The notes under the pieces are model-generated. The model ran no database searches. It had not been told where the DNA came from and worked only from the letters and a program-made list of their open reading frames with translations. A stretch of 64,000 nucleotides of DNA, from the NCBI GenBank assembly GCA_051294905.1, contig CM119371.1:32118001-32182000 (forward strand), read 5' to 3'. The DNA is from Botryllus schlosseri. Lineage: Eukaryota. Both the position numbers and the translations under genes were made by a program. Below are positions 13,590 to 27,500 of the stretch, piece after piece. Each line of letters opens with the position of its first letter. Within the stretch, counting starts at the first letter, position 1.

Positions 13590-15912
13590 TGACAATGACA
13601 TCACACTGTTTGCTGATGACACCAGCCTATAGTTATACCCGGTAAAAATGTATCTGATGCATTTGACAACATTAACACTAAGCTATCGACAGTGTCAAAA
13701 TGGATGGCATCTAACCAACTTCAGCTCAATGCCTCCAAAACCAAAACTCTTGTGTTTCATACACAAGTCAATAGCAGTGGAATTACAGTAAATAACGCAC
13801 ATCTTGATACACATAAAACTGTTAGATATCTTGGCATTATCATTGATGATAAACCCGGATGGTCTGATCATATCAACAATATAAAAACTAAAATCTCGCG
13901 TAGTGTCGGGGCTCTCTATCGCCTTAAAAATTTAATTCCTCATCAAACTCTCAGATCAGTCTACTATGCCTTAATTCACTGCTATCTTATTTATGGGATC
14001 CTAGTTTGGGGACCTGCTGCGAAAAAACATCTGCAGAAATTGCAAGTCTTGCAAAACCGAGTCATACGAATTCTCTGTCGGAAATCTAGATATGAGAATT
14101 GTAATAGCATGTATCGTAGCGTTGGAATATTGAAAGTGGAAGACGTTTTCAAATTTGAGGTAATGAAATTCATGCATAGCTATCATCAGGGTGAACAGCC
14201 ACTTTATTTTGATAATCTGTTCAAGATACCTTCAGATACCCACCAACATCATACCAGATTTTCTTCTAACTTGTCTCTGTCTGTGCAACACCACTCTACC
14301 AGTCTAGTACAAAATTCAATCAGTTTTATTGGTGTCAATGTTTGGAATAAGCTGCCACCTAATCCCCGCAATTTAGACTCTTGTGCTTTTAAAAAACAAT
14401 GTTTTCATTCTCTTATCTCTAACTACCGCTAAATTGTATTTGTGTTGTATTTCAAATTGGTCCATGATACTGTGTCTTATTTTTCCTATTGTTCGTTGGT
14501 TTATTTTAATTTTATTTTATTTTATTTTTTTTTCATTAGTTATCGTCATCGACTGTGAAAATTGCTCCTGTCCCGGGTGGCTCGGCTCTGAAGACTATGT
14601 CATATCGAGCCTCCCGTCTACCTTGCATGTCGCATTTCACTGTTACATTTTTGGGGTCAAGTGTAGAATACGGCCAGTGCTCCCCATGACCATCACCGAT
14701 CAATGTTTCACATGAACATGTCAAAACTCATAGTTCTTCACATGAACACGTCAAAATAAATTGTTTATATTTTGCCTGTGGAGAGTCGGATATTAGGGTT
14801 GCCGGAGGTGGGACATTAGGGTTGCCGGAGGTGGGTTATTAGGGTTTGGGGGAGGGGGATATTAGGGTTGGGGGATGGGGATATTAGGGTTGGTGGAGGT
14901 GGGATATTAGGGTTGGTGGAGGTGGGATATTAGGGTTAGGGGAGGTGGGATATTAGGGTTAGGGGAGGTGGGATGTTAGGGTTGCCGGAGGGGGGAGATT
15001 AGGGTTAGGGGTATGTTAGGGTTGGGGGTATATTAGGGTAGCCGGAGGGGCTGAGGTTAGGCCATCCCAAGATTAAGGTTGGGGTGATGGATATAGATCT
15101 CCTAACCCTAATATCCCCTCCCCCAACCCTAATATCCCACCTCCGGCCACCCTAATATCCCACCTCCCCTAACCCTAATATCCCACCTCCCCCAACCCTA
15201 ATATTCCACCTCCGCCAACCCTAATATCCCATCTCCGGCAACCCTAATATCCCACCTCCGGCAACCCTAATATCCCACCTCCGGCCACCCTAATATCCCA
15301 CCTTCCCCAACCCTAATATCCCATCTCCGGCAACCCTAATATCCCACCTCCGGCCACCCTAATATCCCACCTTCCCCAACCCTAATATCCCATCTCCGGG
15401 AACCCTAATATCCCCCTCCCCCAACCCTAATATCCCACCTCCGGCAATCCTAATATCCACCTCCCCCAACCCTAATATCCCACCTCCGGCCACCCTAATA
15501 TCCCACCTCCCCTAACCCTAATATACCACCTCCCCCAACCCTAATATTCCACCTCCCCCAACCCTAATATCCCACAACCGGCAACCCTAATATCCCTCCT
15601 CCGGCAACCCTAATATCCCACCTCCGCCAACCCTAATATCCCACCTCCGGCAACCCTAATATTCCCAGCATCCCTGCTCCCCCAACCCTAATAGCCCCTC
15701 CGACAACCCTAATATCCGTCAGTCCGTCACGCCACAGGAAAGAAAAACAATTTATTTTGATGTGTTCATGGGAAGCATTTGTTGGTGTAATGTGAAACAA
15801 TGATCGGTGATGGTCATGGGGATCACTGGCCGTATTCTACACTTGACCCCATTTTTGTAGTGTTATGTTGATATGTAATGTATACGAATAAAGATTCTCT
15901 CTCTCTCTCTCT
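13590..15912 (+). mobile_element. 5'-truncated CR1/L2-group LINE, 3' UTR interrupted by the 14653-15850 element
   Basis: LFADDT RT motif at about 13606, then 246-aa ORF (WMASNQLQLNASKT...YLGIIID...YGILVWG...WNKLP); AATAAA plus (CT)n tail at 15887-15912. Confidence 0.9.
14653..15850. mobile_element. Foldback non-autonomous DNA element with internal inverted 23-bp TTAGGG-containing minisatellite
   Basis: TIR of about 50 bp GGGGTCAAGTGTAGAATACGGCCAGTG...CACTGGCCGTATTCTACACTTGACCCC; 6-bp TSD ATTTTT (14647-14652/15851-15856); (GGGATATTAGGGTTGCCGGAGGT)n at about 14787-15085 and its complement at about 15100-15718. Confidence 0.85.
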
Positions 15913-16329
15913 GACAAGGTCTGTGTCTGACTGATACTGATGGACACTTGGACTCGCAGCACTCGCTTGGTATACATGGCGTTTTTGGTTTGATTGATCT
16001 CTATAGCTTCAGACTATCTTGAATTGCTACGAACCCTTACTTCCCGAACACAAGATGAGATACAATGTCTGTCATGTACCTACATTGAAGTTGAAAGTTG
16101 CGACCTGTTCACATTAGCAGACAGCGCACATTCACTCCCGCGTCAGCATGAGAAAATGATCCTCTCTGTAATATAAACAATCCGTATCCCTTCGGTGGCG
16201 CTACTCATACGCAAATCCACGGTTGACAGATTCGCATAGCGCCATTTGGTTTTGAAAGCTCATTCTCAACACTACTCAACAACACTTCAACACTATTCCT
16301 ATCAAAGTTACAGTGCGGAATTCTTTGTT

Positions 16330-17690
16330 GGGGTGCTGCCTGCAATAATACGATTTACTCACGGCAAAAACTGCAACATTGGATCATCCGTATCATTTCC
16401 AAAGCCCCACGGGAGCCTGGATGTACGTACATCGTACAACTGATAAAACCATAGTGTCCTATATGGTGTCGACACAAGCAAATCTCACGGCTCAGTGAAA
16501 TTGTATCACGTCACAATTTTCATTTGGCTACAGGCAATTTGACGGTCATTTTTGACCGGCTTGCCGAGCATTAAATTTGGTAAAACGGGTATCAATCGAA
16601 AGCTGACTCTGCACTGATTACGAAAATATAAATTTTATTCCGCTCGTGGCCCTGGAACTCCCACAATCAGCCTCGAATTTTTCATTGTTATGGAAATTGG
16701 CATTAGGACGCAACAATGCTGTCTGGCGAAACGAGAGAATAGCTCATGACGCAACAATGCTGTCTGGCGAAACGAGAGAGTAGCTCAAGAGAAAAAGGTC
16801 CAAAAAGCATTGTTGCGTCCCAATGCCAACCTCCATAACAATCAAAAATTCGAGGCTGATTGTGGGGGTTCCAGGGCCGCAAGCGGAATAAAATTTATAT
16901 TTTCGTAATCAGTGCAGAGTCAGCTTTCGATTGACACCCGTTTTACCAAATTTAATGCTCGGCAAGCCGGTCAAAAATGACCGTCAAATTGCCTGTAGCC
17001 AAATGGAAATTATGACGTGATACAATTTCACTGAGCCGTGAGATTTGCTCGTGTCGACACCATATAGGACACTATGATAAAACGCTATTCAAAATATTCG
17101 GTGTTCTAAACATAGAAGATATGAGAAAGCTAGGAATTACCAACTTTATGTATCAGTTCCATTGCGGTCAATGTCCCTCAAATTTCAACGACTACATTAC
17201 CTCGGAGTCAAATGCGCACATGTGCGGCACACGCGCGTCAACGAAGAACAACCATACTCTACCATATGATCAGGATGGAATACAAGAAAACGCATTGCTC
17301 TATGAAGTATGCCGGACCTCAATTGTGGAACAGCATCTCGCCGGCTATCTGACAGTCGTCGAGCATGTCCGTATTCCAGTCGAAATACAAGCAATTTCTT
17401 CTAAATAAATGCTAGTCAGCCTTCAGGATTACCGCCACGACCTAACATCGATCTCGCCTTCCGCCACATGCCACCTCACTTGTCGCTCGCCTTTCATATT
17501 CTCTGCTTTACTTTTCATTCAGTGTGCACTGTGCATGCCTCTTCTTTGCTTCGCTTAGGCCAAGGTGGGTGTCTGATCTCAAAGACTACTCCAAGTCGTT
17601 TCGACACCTGCTTCCTCTCTTTTCATTGTATCGCAGTTTTATAGTGTTTTGAAATGATGAAAATATTGTAATTGTGAAAGTGATTGATTG
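16330..17690 (+). mobile_element. Older CR1-group LINE 3' fragment (related to 22044-22756), split by the 16450-17076 MITE
   Basis: [27 protein letters not shown] and the 3' UTR resemble the 22292-22756 element; the sequence rejoins across the MITE. Confidence 0.75.
16450..17076. mobile_element. Palindromic MITE, P-element-superfamily-like
   Basis: Inverted arms of about 270 bp starting CATAGTGTCC and ending GGACACTATG; 7-bp TSD ATAAAAC; central 41-bp tandem duplication. Confidence 0.85.
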
Positions 17691-19163
17691 ATAGATATTC
17701 ACCTCGCCTCAGTATCAAGTTTTATTAATATTTAACAATAGTATTAGGGCAGCACCGTAACTGCCGCACCCCAAACCCCCCAACTGGGGGGGGGTGAGCT
17801 CGAAGGGGGCCCAAAATTATTTCGTGAATTAGCGTAAATCATAGAGTATTTTTTTGAAAATTTATGAAATTTGAATTGATGTAGCCAGTCATCTTTATTA
17901 TTGGGTATTGGGCCATTACCGCGCCACGACCCACCAATACATACAATCAAGTTTTAGGCCATATAACATGCGACTCCAAGAAGTGTGGCAGAACGATCGG
18001 CAGCGTGAGAACCTTGGCCGAAAAGGTCTGTGCCCTTATGCTGACCGAAGACTTCATTATATATACAAAATACATATAGGTTTAATTGTCCATAGGCGCC
18101 GAAATGACTGGCGCCGAATGTTCCTGTTTTTGCAATCTGAACCTCTCAAGACAAATACCATCCCGCTGGGAAAAATTTTATGCCAGTGAAGAAATACCAA
18201 TTTGAAATCGTGTGCGTCTCTTAGTTTAGAAGCCTACGTTTGGGCGATATCCAACCCACAAGTAAATATGTGCAAAAACAAAAATTTCGAAATCTGTGGC
18301 AGGATTCTATAAATTTAAATGATCATTTAAACTCGTTTCCAGAATAATCCATGAAATCATGATCATACCAAATGATTCAAAGCAAACTCAATGACGATTT
18401 GACGAAAGACTGTATATGATTCTAAATATCCTCAAAACATAGCTTCATTGTATCATGCGATTCACTCAACCATGGACACAATCATGAATAAATTTGGGGA
18501 TGGATACCGAAATGATCCATCGTTTTTCAGTTATCAAGACATGGACATAAATCGAATTCACTTTATGTCCATGAACTTATTCACGAAAACATGATCTAAA
18601 AACATTAGTAAAACTTGTTGGAAGCCATATTAAAATATGGTTTCTATGTTCTACATTAGGTTATCAACAAAGAAATGTACCACTACCACAACCATGAATC
18701 CATTAGGAACCAATATCAACTTGTCTCTTTTTACGTTATCTCTTCTTCTTGATTGTAAACACGGTCGGTCGGTTGCCTTGCTCCCCACTAGCTACATCGC
18801 CCAGTCGGTTAGGCTTTGAACTTCTGTGACCAACGGTCCCATAAGGACGTGTTTTTCAGTTTTGAAAAGAGAACCGGTTAAACAAGGGGTTCATGACCAT
18901 TTAACGTGTTCAATTCAGGCCTACATGTTCCAGGTTACAGCGGGTTGTTGTTTAAATGGCCGCTACAGGTCGTCTCGGCTGCCTCCCATCGAGTCATTTT
19001 ATCGCAATCTTGCTGTGATGTGGTGAAATTATTACCAAATAAGTAAGCCAAAAACTTCATCACGAACGCTTCGCCCGCCGAGTTCGGCCAAGTCACGGTC
19101 GGACTACGCCTGGTCATGGAATCAAGGCCAACATGTATACCGCATGCGTAATGGCCTTTCGGT

Positions 19164-21095
19164 CAGTGCTGGGATCGAGTCACGAGTCATTTAGAGTCAG
19201 TGCAGATTTTGACGCGAGTCAAGTCAATCGATTTTCGAAGGTGACTCGAGTCAAGTCAAGTCACTTGATTTTTGGAGCTCACTCGAGTCAAGTCGAGTCC
19301 AGTCAAGTCAAGTCCCGAGTCAAGTCACAATTCAAGTCAAGTTGCCATTTCGAAGTATGAAGCATGCTTACGTCATTGCATTTTAATAGCTGTCTGAAAT
19401 ACAGATTGAGCGGTCATTGATTCTGAACCGATGAACGAACATAGAGTTAAATATAAGCCTGCATCAAAAATTGAGTTAAATGTAGGGGAGATGTGGTACC
19501 GATGGATCACTGGGACCGAAAATACTTTGAAAATTCTCTATGATAATTCCATGATTGCACTCCGTCAACTTGTCTACAATTGCATGCTGGCAAAATCTTT
19601 CCTCACATACAAAAAAATTCGACGTGCGCGAGCTATGGGGTCTCTCACAGATGATTTTTGTTTTGGGGGGTCTAAACTAAATTTAGATCGACATATACAT
19701 TTTTCTTTGTAACCTTCAACACGAACAAACCAGCAATCATTTTATTGTGAAGTGTAGGGCTTGTATCAGGCTATATAATGGCACCTATTATTTTTTTCAG
19801 TACTTTCCTTGAGTGGACTTTTTTTCGATTCATGTATAAAATTCGTAGGGTGGGGACCGATGATACAATAGCCAAATCAAGCAAAATAATCAAGCATACT
19901 AATCATGAAACAAATGAAACATGCCTACGTACAGAAAATCTTTATCTAATAATTGCATATGATGTTTTATCGCTATAACGAGGTATTTGGAAGTCACACT
20001 GTCGATTTTCGGGCAATATGTATGTATCCACAAATTTATAAGTTCGAGCCTAAATCGAAACGTGATTTTATGACAACATTTGAGTTAATATTTATTCTAT
20101 TTTTTGACAGTTGCGACCAAACATTCTTCTTTGGCTTGCTGCAGCTTAGATTATAATACTGAGCAAGAAAAGTTGTCACATTTGAGTTTTTTAGGGTATA
20201 TGTGTCATAGGTCCCCGGGTCGTGTGTCATTGGACCCACCGGGTGGGGACCGATGACACGTTCGAGCAACAAATTTTGAACGTCCATAAATATTTTTTGA
20301 AAAGACGGATATTCATGTATATGTGCGCGATAGGTAGAGCTTGTATGAAAGTGCTGAGCCAGCAAAAGATCTGCTGTTTTCGGCTGAACATTTCGTGGCC
20401 AGCGATCATTTTCCAATTTTTGATCCATCGGTACCACATCTCCCCTACCTGTAATAAGGCGCTGTATCGCTCACACAAACGTATAACTGTTAAACTGCGC
20501 AAGTAATTGCACAGCCTCAGTTTATAGTTACCAACCAAAATAGAGAATAGAGAGACGAATTGATAAGATGCAATACATTGCCCATTTATACATATTGAGA
20601 TGATACAATCCGAGTCTGCGCCAATGGTTGAAAAGTAAATAAAATATAATCTATCTCAATTTCAACAAAACAAGAGGTTTGGTTAAGGTGAGAACAGAGA
20701 ACAGAAATAGATATTTTGTTGTTAAATTACTTTATTACTAGTTTACGACAACGTAAGCTGTAAGCTTCGATCACTTCGTTTGAGGATGTATTATTTATTA
20801 TTTATGAGAGAACAATGGAGGCTCAGTAAAACGCACGATCATTCAATGATTGGTCGCTCTCTCTCACGGGTTACACAAGCGTTACACGAAAAATCCGAAC
20901 ACGTGCAAGACACAGTGATTTTTATCGACACCGATTACTTGATGACTTGAAATTGACTCGTGAATTTTGCTCCGAGTCACAAGTCAATCAACATTTCTGA
21001 TACGCCGAGTCAAGTCACTTTAGCAAAGTGACTCGAGTCAATTCAAGTCGCACGAAAAAGGTGACCCGAGTCTGACTCGAGTCATCCCAACACTG
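19164..21095. mobile_element. hAT-type MITE with GACTCGAGTC subterminal arrays, carrying a nested element
   Basis: CAGTGCTGGGAT...ATCCCAACACTG termini; 8-bp TSD CTTTCGGT; colinear with 24395-25326 apart from the insert. Confidence 0.9.
19485..20445. mobile_element. Nested TIR element (TA-flanked, Tc1/mariner-pogo-like MITE)
   Basis: TIR GGGGAGATGTGGTACCGATGGATCA...TGATCCATCGGTACCACATCTCCCC flanked by TA; absent from sister copy 24395-25326. Confidence 0.8.
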
Positions 21096-21575
21096 CTTTC
21101 GGTCGCCCGTCGGCCGTGCATGGAGCCGAAGTAATTATATCATTCAAGTGGTTATGTTATTTTAGAATATTTTACTTTGTAAAGAACAAATTTTTCCTTT
21201 TGAAAGCACCAGTTTTTCCATTTCAGAGCACAACTTCTTACTTTTCGAAGAGCTACTATCTACGTTTCAAAGTAGAACTTTTACTTTTAAAACATTTCCA
21301 AAGAGCTACTTCTACATTTCAAAGGAAAGTATTTTACGTCCAAAAATTCTTTTGAAGCACTACTGATTATTTTCGAAATTTTTTTGAAGCTCTACTTCTT
21401 AATTTTCAAAACTATTTTAAAGCACTACTTTTTACTTTTTAAAGAACAATTTTTTTACTTTTCAAGGAACAACTTTCTACTTTTCGAAGCCATGCTTTTT
21501 ACTTTTCATAATTTTACTTTTCAAAACTTTGACTAGTACCGCAATTTGCCCCGCCTATAGCCCCGCCTCATACTC

Positions 21576-24500
21576 TCAGCAATTCGCGTTCTCATCCGAC
21601 CCATCAGGGCAGTCCGCGTCATGGTCGCACACCCAGTCCTCCAGGACACACCCGCCGTCTTCACACAGAAACTCGTCTTCTTCACACAGTGTCTTGCGCG
21701 ATGGGCACAGGTCCGGGGCTTCGTCCGCGCCAGTGCGAGCGCAGTCTACGTCCCCGTCGCAGACCCAAGACTGCGGTATGCAATGACACTCGGTGCACTC
21801 GAAGCCGTCCGCGCCACACGTAGAGTTTTCTGGTATAGGTGAGAAAAATGGGTCTCAAACCTTATTTTGTTGAAAGCGGATTTAGACTAGTGCATGATAT
21901 TTTGTATCAATTAGGAGTTTGGTGGGACTTCTAGCCAAGAAGTCATACCTGTATTGTACAAACTACCGATCTGGTTAGTAGTCGGCACATTACTGGATTT
22001 TCAAAATGCGTAACTAGAACTAGAACTACTCGCTTTTCAAAAATCATCATCATCATCATTGGTTTATTAGCAATTTTATCAGTTGAATGCACCACAAAAA
22101 ATGCGATACAATGAAAAGAAAAGAAGATGTCGAAGCGACTAGGAGTTGTCTATGGAATCAAACACCCACCTTGGGCTAGGCGATGTAAAGAGGAGGCATG
22201 CACACTGAATGAATGAAAGTAAGAAGGATAGTATAGAAAAAGGAAGCGACAAGAAATAGGGCAGCATGTCATGGGAAGCGAGATCGATAGGTCAGTCGTG
22301 GTCCGGTAATCTTGAGGATGGACTGTATTTATTTAGTAGTAATTGCTTGTATTTCGACTTGAATGTGGACATGCTCGTCGACTGCCGGATGGCCAGCGGG
22401 ATACTGTTCCACACACCAGGTCCGGCGTATTTGATAGAGCGATGATCTTTTCGGTCGATCATATGATATTTGGACGACGTGGACGCGCGTGTGTTGTACT
22501 TGTGCGCTTTTGATTCCGAGGTAAAGAAGTCATTGAAATATTCGGGGCAACGACCGCAGTGAAACTGATACATAAACTTGGCGATTTCTAGTTTCCGCAT
22601 ACCTTCTATGTTTAGGACGCCAAATCTCTTCAGCAGCGACTTATTGGATGGGCAGCCAGGCCCCTTTGGGGCCCTAGCTATGATTCGGAGAACTTTATGC
22701 TGTAATTTCTGCAGTGGATTGAGTGCAGTTTTACTGGCAGCCCCAGAGCAGCCCAAATTGCAACCAGAGCTAGAACTATAGCCTACTCTTTCTTTTTATA
22801 ACTGGCACCCTTAGAACTATTCATTTTTCAAAACCCTACAAATAGAACTACTCACTCTTTAAAATCCGTAACTGGAACTAGAAATACTCACTTTTCGAAA
22901 CTAGCAACTAGAACTACTCACTTTTGAAAATCCATAACTAGAATTACCAAAAGTCAGTAGTTAGTTGACAAGTCTAGTTGACGGACAACTAATCGTGCAT
23001 GGGTACATGCTGTAATACAATGATATACAAGCCTCTTATGTTGACGAACTTGCGCGTATGATAAGTTTACCAGCGAGTCCGGCAGTGCCGTCGATTAGCG
23101 TGTCCCTGATCTCTCGTGAACAAAAAATACGCATTGCGTTAAACGAAACCTTGGCGACGTTTTTCGCAAATCAAAATGTCCAAGTCTGTTGTGGAATTTG
23201 TTCTGTCATGGCACCGATTTCAGGTGAATCCGAACTTTATTTTCTTTTGATATCTCGAGCCTAACTCAACGCACATCTTTTGATCGTTACGATTTAATAT
23301 TTGCTGAATTCAATTACGCATGTTGAAGTCTGTTAGTTGAGATTGGATGTCGCGATGTCACTAGTGGACCAGAAAGACATGGCAATCGCTAGTCAGTAAA
23401 TCACCAATTCAGTATACACCTAAAGGTACCGTCTCTACTCGGCACCATGAAGGGATAAGAGCCAAAGCATACGAGGCTTGATGTAGGTGTAGACGCGATT
23501 GTCCAGGCCAGCGATGATATCATGCACACCGAGCCTGTACTACGCGGATTGCTCAGGCCAGCGGTGATATTTGCGCACCAAGCCTGTAACAGATGCGATT
23601 GTTCAATGTTCGTGCCAGCGTTAATATCGTGGGCACCGAGCCTGTTCGACGCAATTGTTCACGCATGCGAAGAAATTGTGAACACGAGACCTATTGCAGC
23701 AGATACTGCTCAGGCCAGCGGTTATATCGCGCGCACCAGGCCTGTTCTACGCGATGAATCAGGCCAGTGACAATAGCGGAGGTATATGAAAAAAATCTCA
23801 GCAGGCTATCGTGTGCTGTTGTGCAGTGTGCACCGTCGATTCTCGCTAACTGGCAACGCGCTTCTCGCTAATTGATAGCACGCAACACTGCTAACACGAC
23901 GTACCCATTTACAACTGATTATTGTCGATAGAATGGGGATTGCGAAAAGACAGGGTTTCGAGTTTCAAAATGGGGGTTCGACCACCAAAGCCCCCTCTGG
24001 CTACGCGACTGGTGTCAAATGCTACAAAATATACAGACTGCAAAGAAGAGGGTCTTCGTCACTTTTGTCAACGCAATCTTCGTCGCCGTCACACTTCCAA
24101 TTGGACATGATACAATGGCCGCTATTGCAAGCGAAATACGATTCGTCTTCACACACAGTCGGAGCCTCGTAGTTCTCAATATCTGCGAAAAATGCATCGA
24201 AATTCACAAGATGGTACATACACGTCAGAAATTAGCGTAATATTTTAAAATCCAAACCCATTTCTGGATATTTTTGATTCAAAGACAATCCCACATCTAA
24301 ATCCATGATTAATTTTCGAATCTGTCTAAATCTGAGTGCCTACAAGTCTTCCAAAATAACAATATAAAGTGTTTAATAAAGGCAATGACCTAATCAGTGT
24401 TGGGATCAAGTCATTGCCTTCGAGTCACGAGTCATTTCGAGTCATTGCACATTTTGACTCGAGTCAAGTCAAGTCAATCGATTTCCCAAGGTGACTCGAG

Positions 24501-27500
24501 TCAAGTCAAGTCACTCGATTTTGGAGGTGACTCGAGTCAAGTCGAGTCAAGTCACATTTCAAGTCAAGTTGCCTTTTCGAATGCCAACGCCATTGCATTT
24601 TGTTAGCTGTCTGAAATACAGATTTACTGGTCATTGATTTTGAACCGATGAACGAATATGAAGTTAAATATACACGTAAGACGGCGCTGTATTGCTTACA
24701 TATACGTAGAAATGCTAAACTACGCAATTATAATGGCATAGCCTCAGTTTATAGTTACCAGCCAATATAGAGAATACAGAAACGAATTGATAAGATGCAT
24801 TACATTACCCATTTACAAATGGATATGATACAATTCGAGCCTGCGCCAATGGTCGAGGACTATATAAACTATCTACGAATTTAATTTCAATAAACAGGTT
24901 TGGTTCAGATACAGAGAACAGTAATAGATATTTTTCTATTAAAATACTTTACTATACTAGTTTACGACAGCATAAGCTGTCCGCTTCGACCACTTCGTAA
25001 GCAGTCAATTTATTTGTGAGAGAACAATAGTAGCTCAGTAAAACGCGCGATCATTGAATGATTGGTCGCTCCCACGGGTTACACCAGCGTTTCGCGAACA
25101 AACCGATTGCAAGATACTGTGATTTTTATGGACATCGATTGCTTGATGACTTGAAATTGACTCGTGAATTTTGCTTCGAGTCACGAGTCAATCCGCATTT
25201 CTGATACGCCGAGTCAAGTCAAGTCAAGTCATTTTAACAAAGTGACTCGAGTCAAGTCAAGTCATACGAAAAAGGTGACTCGAGTCTGACTCGAGTCAAG
25301 TCATGACTCGAGTCATCCCAACACTGCTAATATATGCACTGACGCCCCTTTTTGACAAATACCAGATTTTGAACCAACGAGGAGACACCTCTGAATTCGA
25401 AGTATTAGCTAACAGCTATCTTCTAACCAAATTGAGTAAAAATGTGTGTAAAGTCACGGTGTGATAAGTATTTCCATATAATACGCCTTGTAGATTTAAT
25501 CAACAAAGCTTTGAAACACAGTTGTGTACAACGGTAAAGAATACACCCACACTATCATAGTTCAGTAAATGCATATTCTGTATAATGTTTAACTCCTACA
25601 GAAGCATTGTATTTCGTGGCAGTTCAAAAGTAGTCCTACCCAAGAGAATGGCTGATACATCTCTATCGTTTGTAATGATTTGTAATTATTTTGATCACGA
25701 TTGCTTGAGCATGAAACTATTTCAAAATTTGCTGCAGTCTACTTGGGGCGGCACTTTCAACGAAAGCCAGGGGCGGCAGCATATGGTCCTGGGCCACTGG
25801 CCCTAGTGCCATTAAATCCTATCAATGTTACCGAGAGGCAAGATCACATTTAATGCATCAATCAAAGTGGAGAGAATTACAGTACCAATATATTTGACCT
25901 GGTAGGAAATTGATCTGCGCCAATGAATGAAATCCACATAAACGTGAAATGAGAGCAATAAACATCTGAACCATTATTGACTGAATAAATAGGTAAATAC
26001 AAAATGTATTTTATGTCAAGAACAAATATATCACAAGCCAGATTGGAGCTGTGAAATGCAACACGTTACTTGCTGAATATTTCCAAGTATATTTAAAAGA
26101 TGATAACAGAAAATGCCATTGTCGTGCATTACGTCAGTATAGTCACGTCTAGTTATCATTTCTAGTGTTTACTAATTGGCGCCTTTGCGTTGCTCAGTTT
26201 TCTGTTTGGTGACTTATTTTGTTATGTGAATAAAGACACAACAACCATAACAGCAACGCTTCAACAAAAACGACATCTCCACTGGTCACACGAGCTCTGT
26301 GCAGTGGCGTAGCAGCCACTTGGCGGTTCTGGCTCTGCGCCAGGGGCGGCAGGCTCTAGGGGGCGGCAAAATGAGGCTGCACAGTGCACAGTGTACACTG
26401 TACACAGCCGGCTAAAAGCAGCGTAATTGGTAGTCCTATAGCTGGCGTCCCGTGAGCTAAAATGTAATCAAACTGCTCTCAATCGAAAGCTAGTGTCGCG
26501 CTGATTCCGAATATGTTAACATAGCAATGGAACCATTCCAAAATAGCCGTCAATAAGGCCGATTGTTCCTAACAATCGTAGTGCCGCAACACGATGACCA
26601 ATTGACCATGATGATGGAAATTATATCGAGCGATTATTCGGAACAATGCCGATTTTCTGACCAACCTTTAAATTGTATTTCCGGAATCAGGACAACAATA
26701 GCTTTCTATTAAGATCAGTACTGTTACATTTGAGCGCTCGGAGAGCCTGGCCAACTATAGGATGGCCAATTGGCCATGGCCATATGACCAAATATGCTGC
26801 TCTTAGTTGTCTCAGCAGGAGGCTTGTCCGGGAATTCAAGTGTGACAACTAAGTTGCCCATCTATCCATAGGTTAGTGATCTATACTCTGGGTCACGATT
26901 TGTACAGAGCTAAGACCGAGATAGCTGTGAAGTAAACGGGTCCTAGGAACTGTTTAAGTTGGTAATAATTGTGCAATTTACAGATTGACAAAAATACATT
27001 CGTTCGCTATTTCTTGTCTTTAATATTTTTGGCCTTATTAACGTTGGGACGGTGAGACTGAGACGCGTTATATTATAGCCTATGTAATAATTTTCATTGA
27101 AAAGATTGCTTGAACATGAATCTATGTCGAAATTTGCTGCGGTCTACTTAGGGGGGCGGCATTTCAAGCGAGAGCCAGGGGCGGCCGCACATGCTGCTAC
27201 GCCAGTGGCTCTGTGTGCCAATATTCACAACCATCAACCAACACATTCGAACTAATTACCGAGCAATCAATCAGTCGCACGGGCTACGATCAGCGTCCGA
27301 GGTAACAGTCGGTACACAAAATCTACACAAAGCCACGATGAACTTATTGTAATCTTGGATATTAAACATATCATCAATATAACATTGATAAAATACTAAA
27401 CTGACCAATAACGATTAAACGAAAACCAGCGATTATTCTAAATTTCGTGCCGATGACGATATATTTGGCGATACGACTGTTGATATACAAATACAATGTT

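Noticed and set aside
14787..15718. Telomere or telomere-fusion site
   Set aside because: Units are 23 bp, not pure TTAGGG, and lie inside a TIR element with a TSD.
19133..19360. ORFs rich in SSQV/RVKS (also 24397-24606, 42250-42501)
   Set aside because: Translations of GAGTC/CAAGT subterminal arrays of MITEs.
21529..21842. Ser-rich plus-strand ORFs (85 and 73 aa)
   Set aside because: Antisense shadows of the minus-strand double-LDLa exon.
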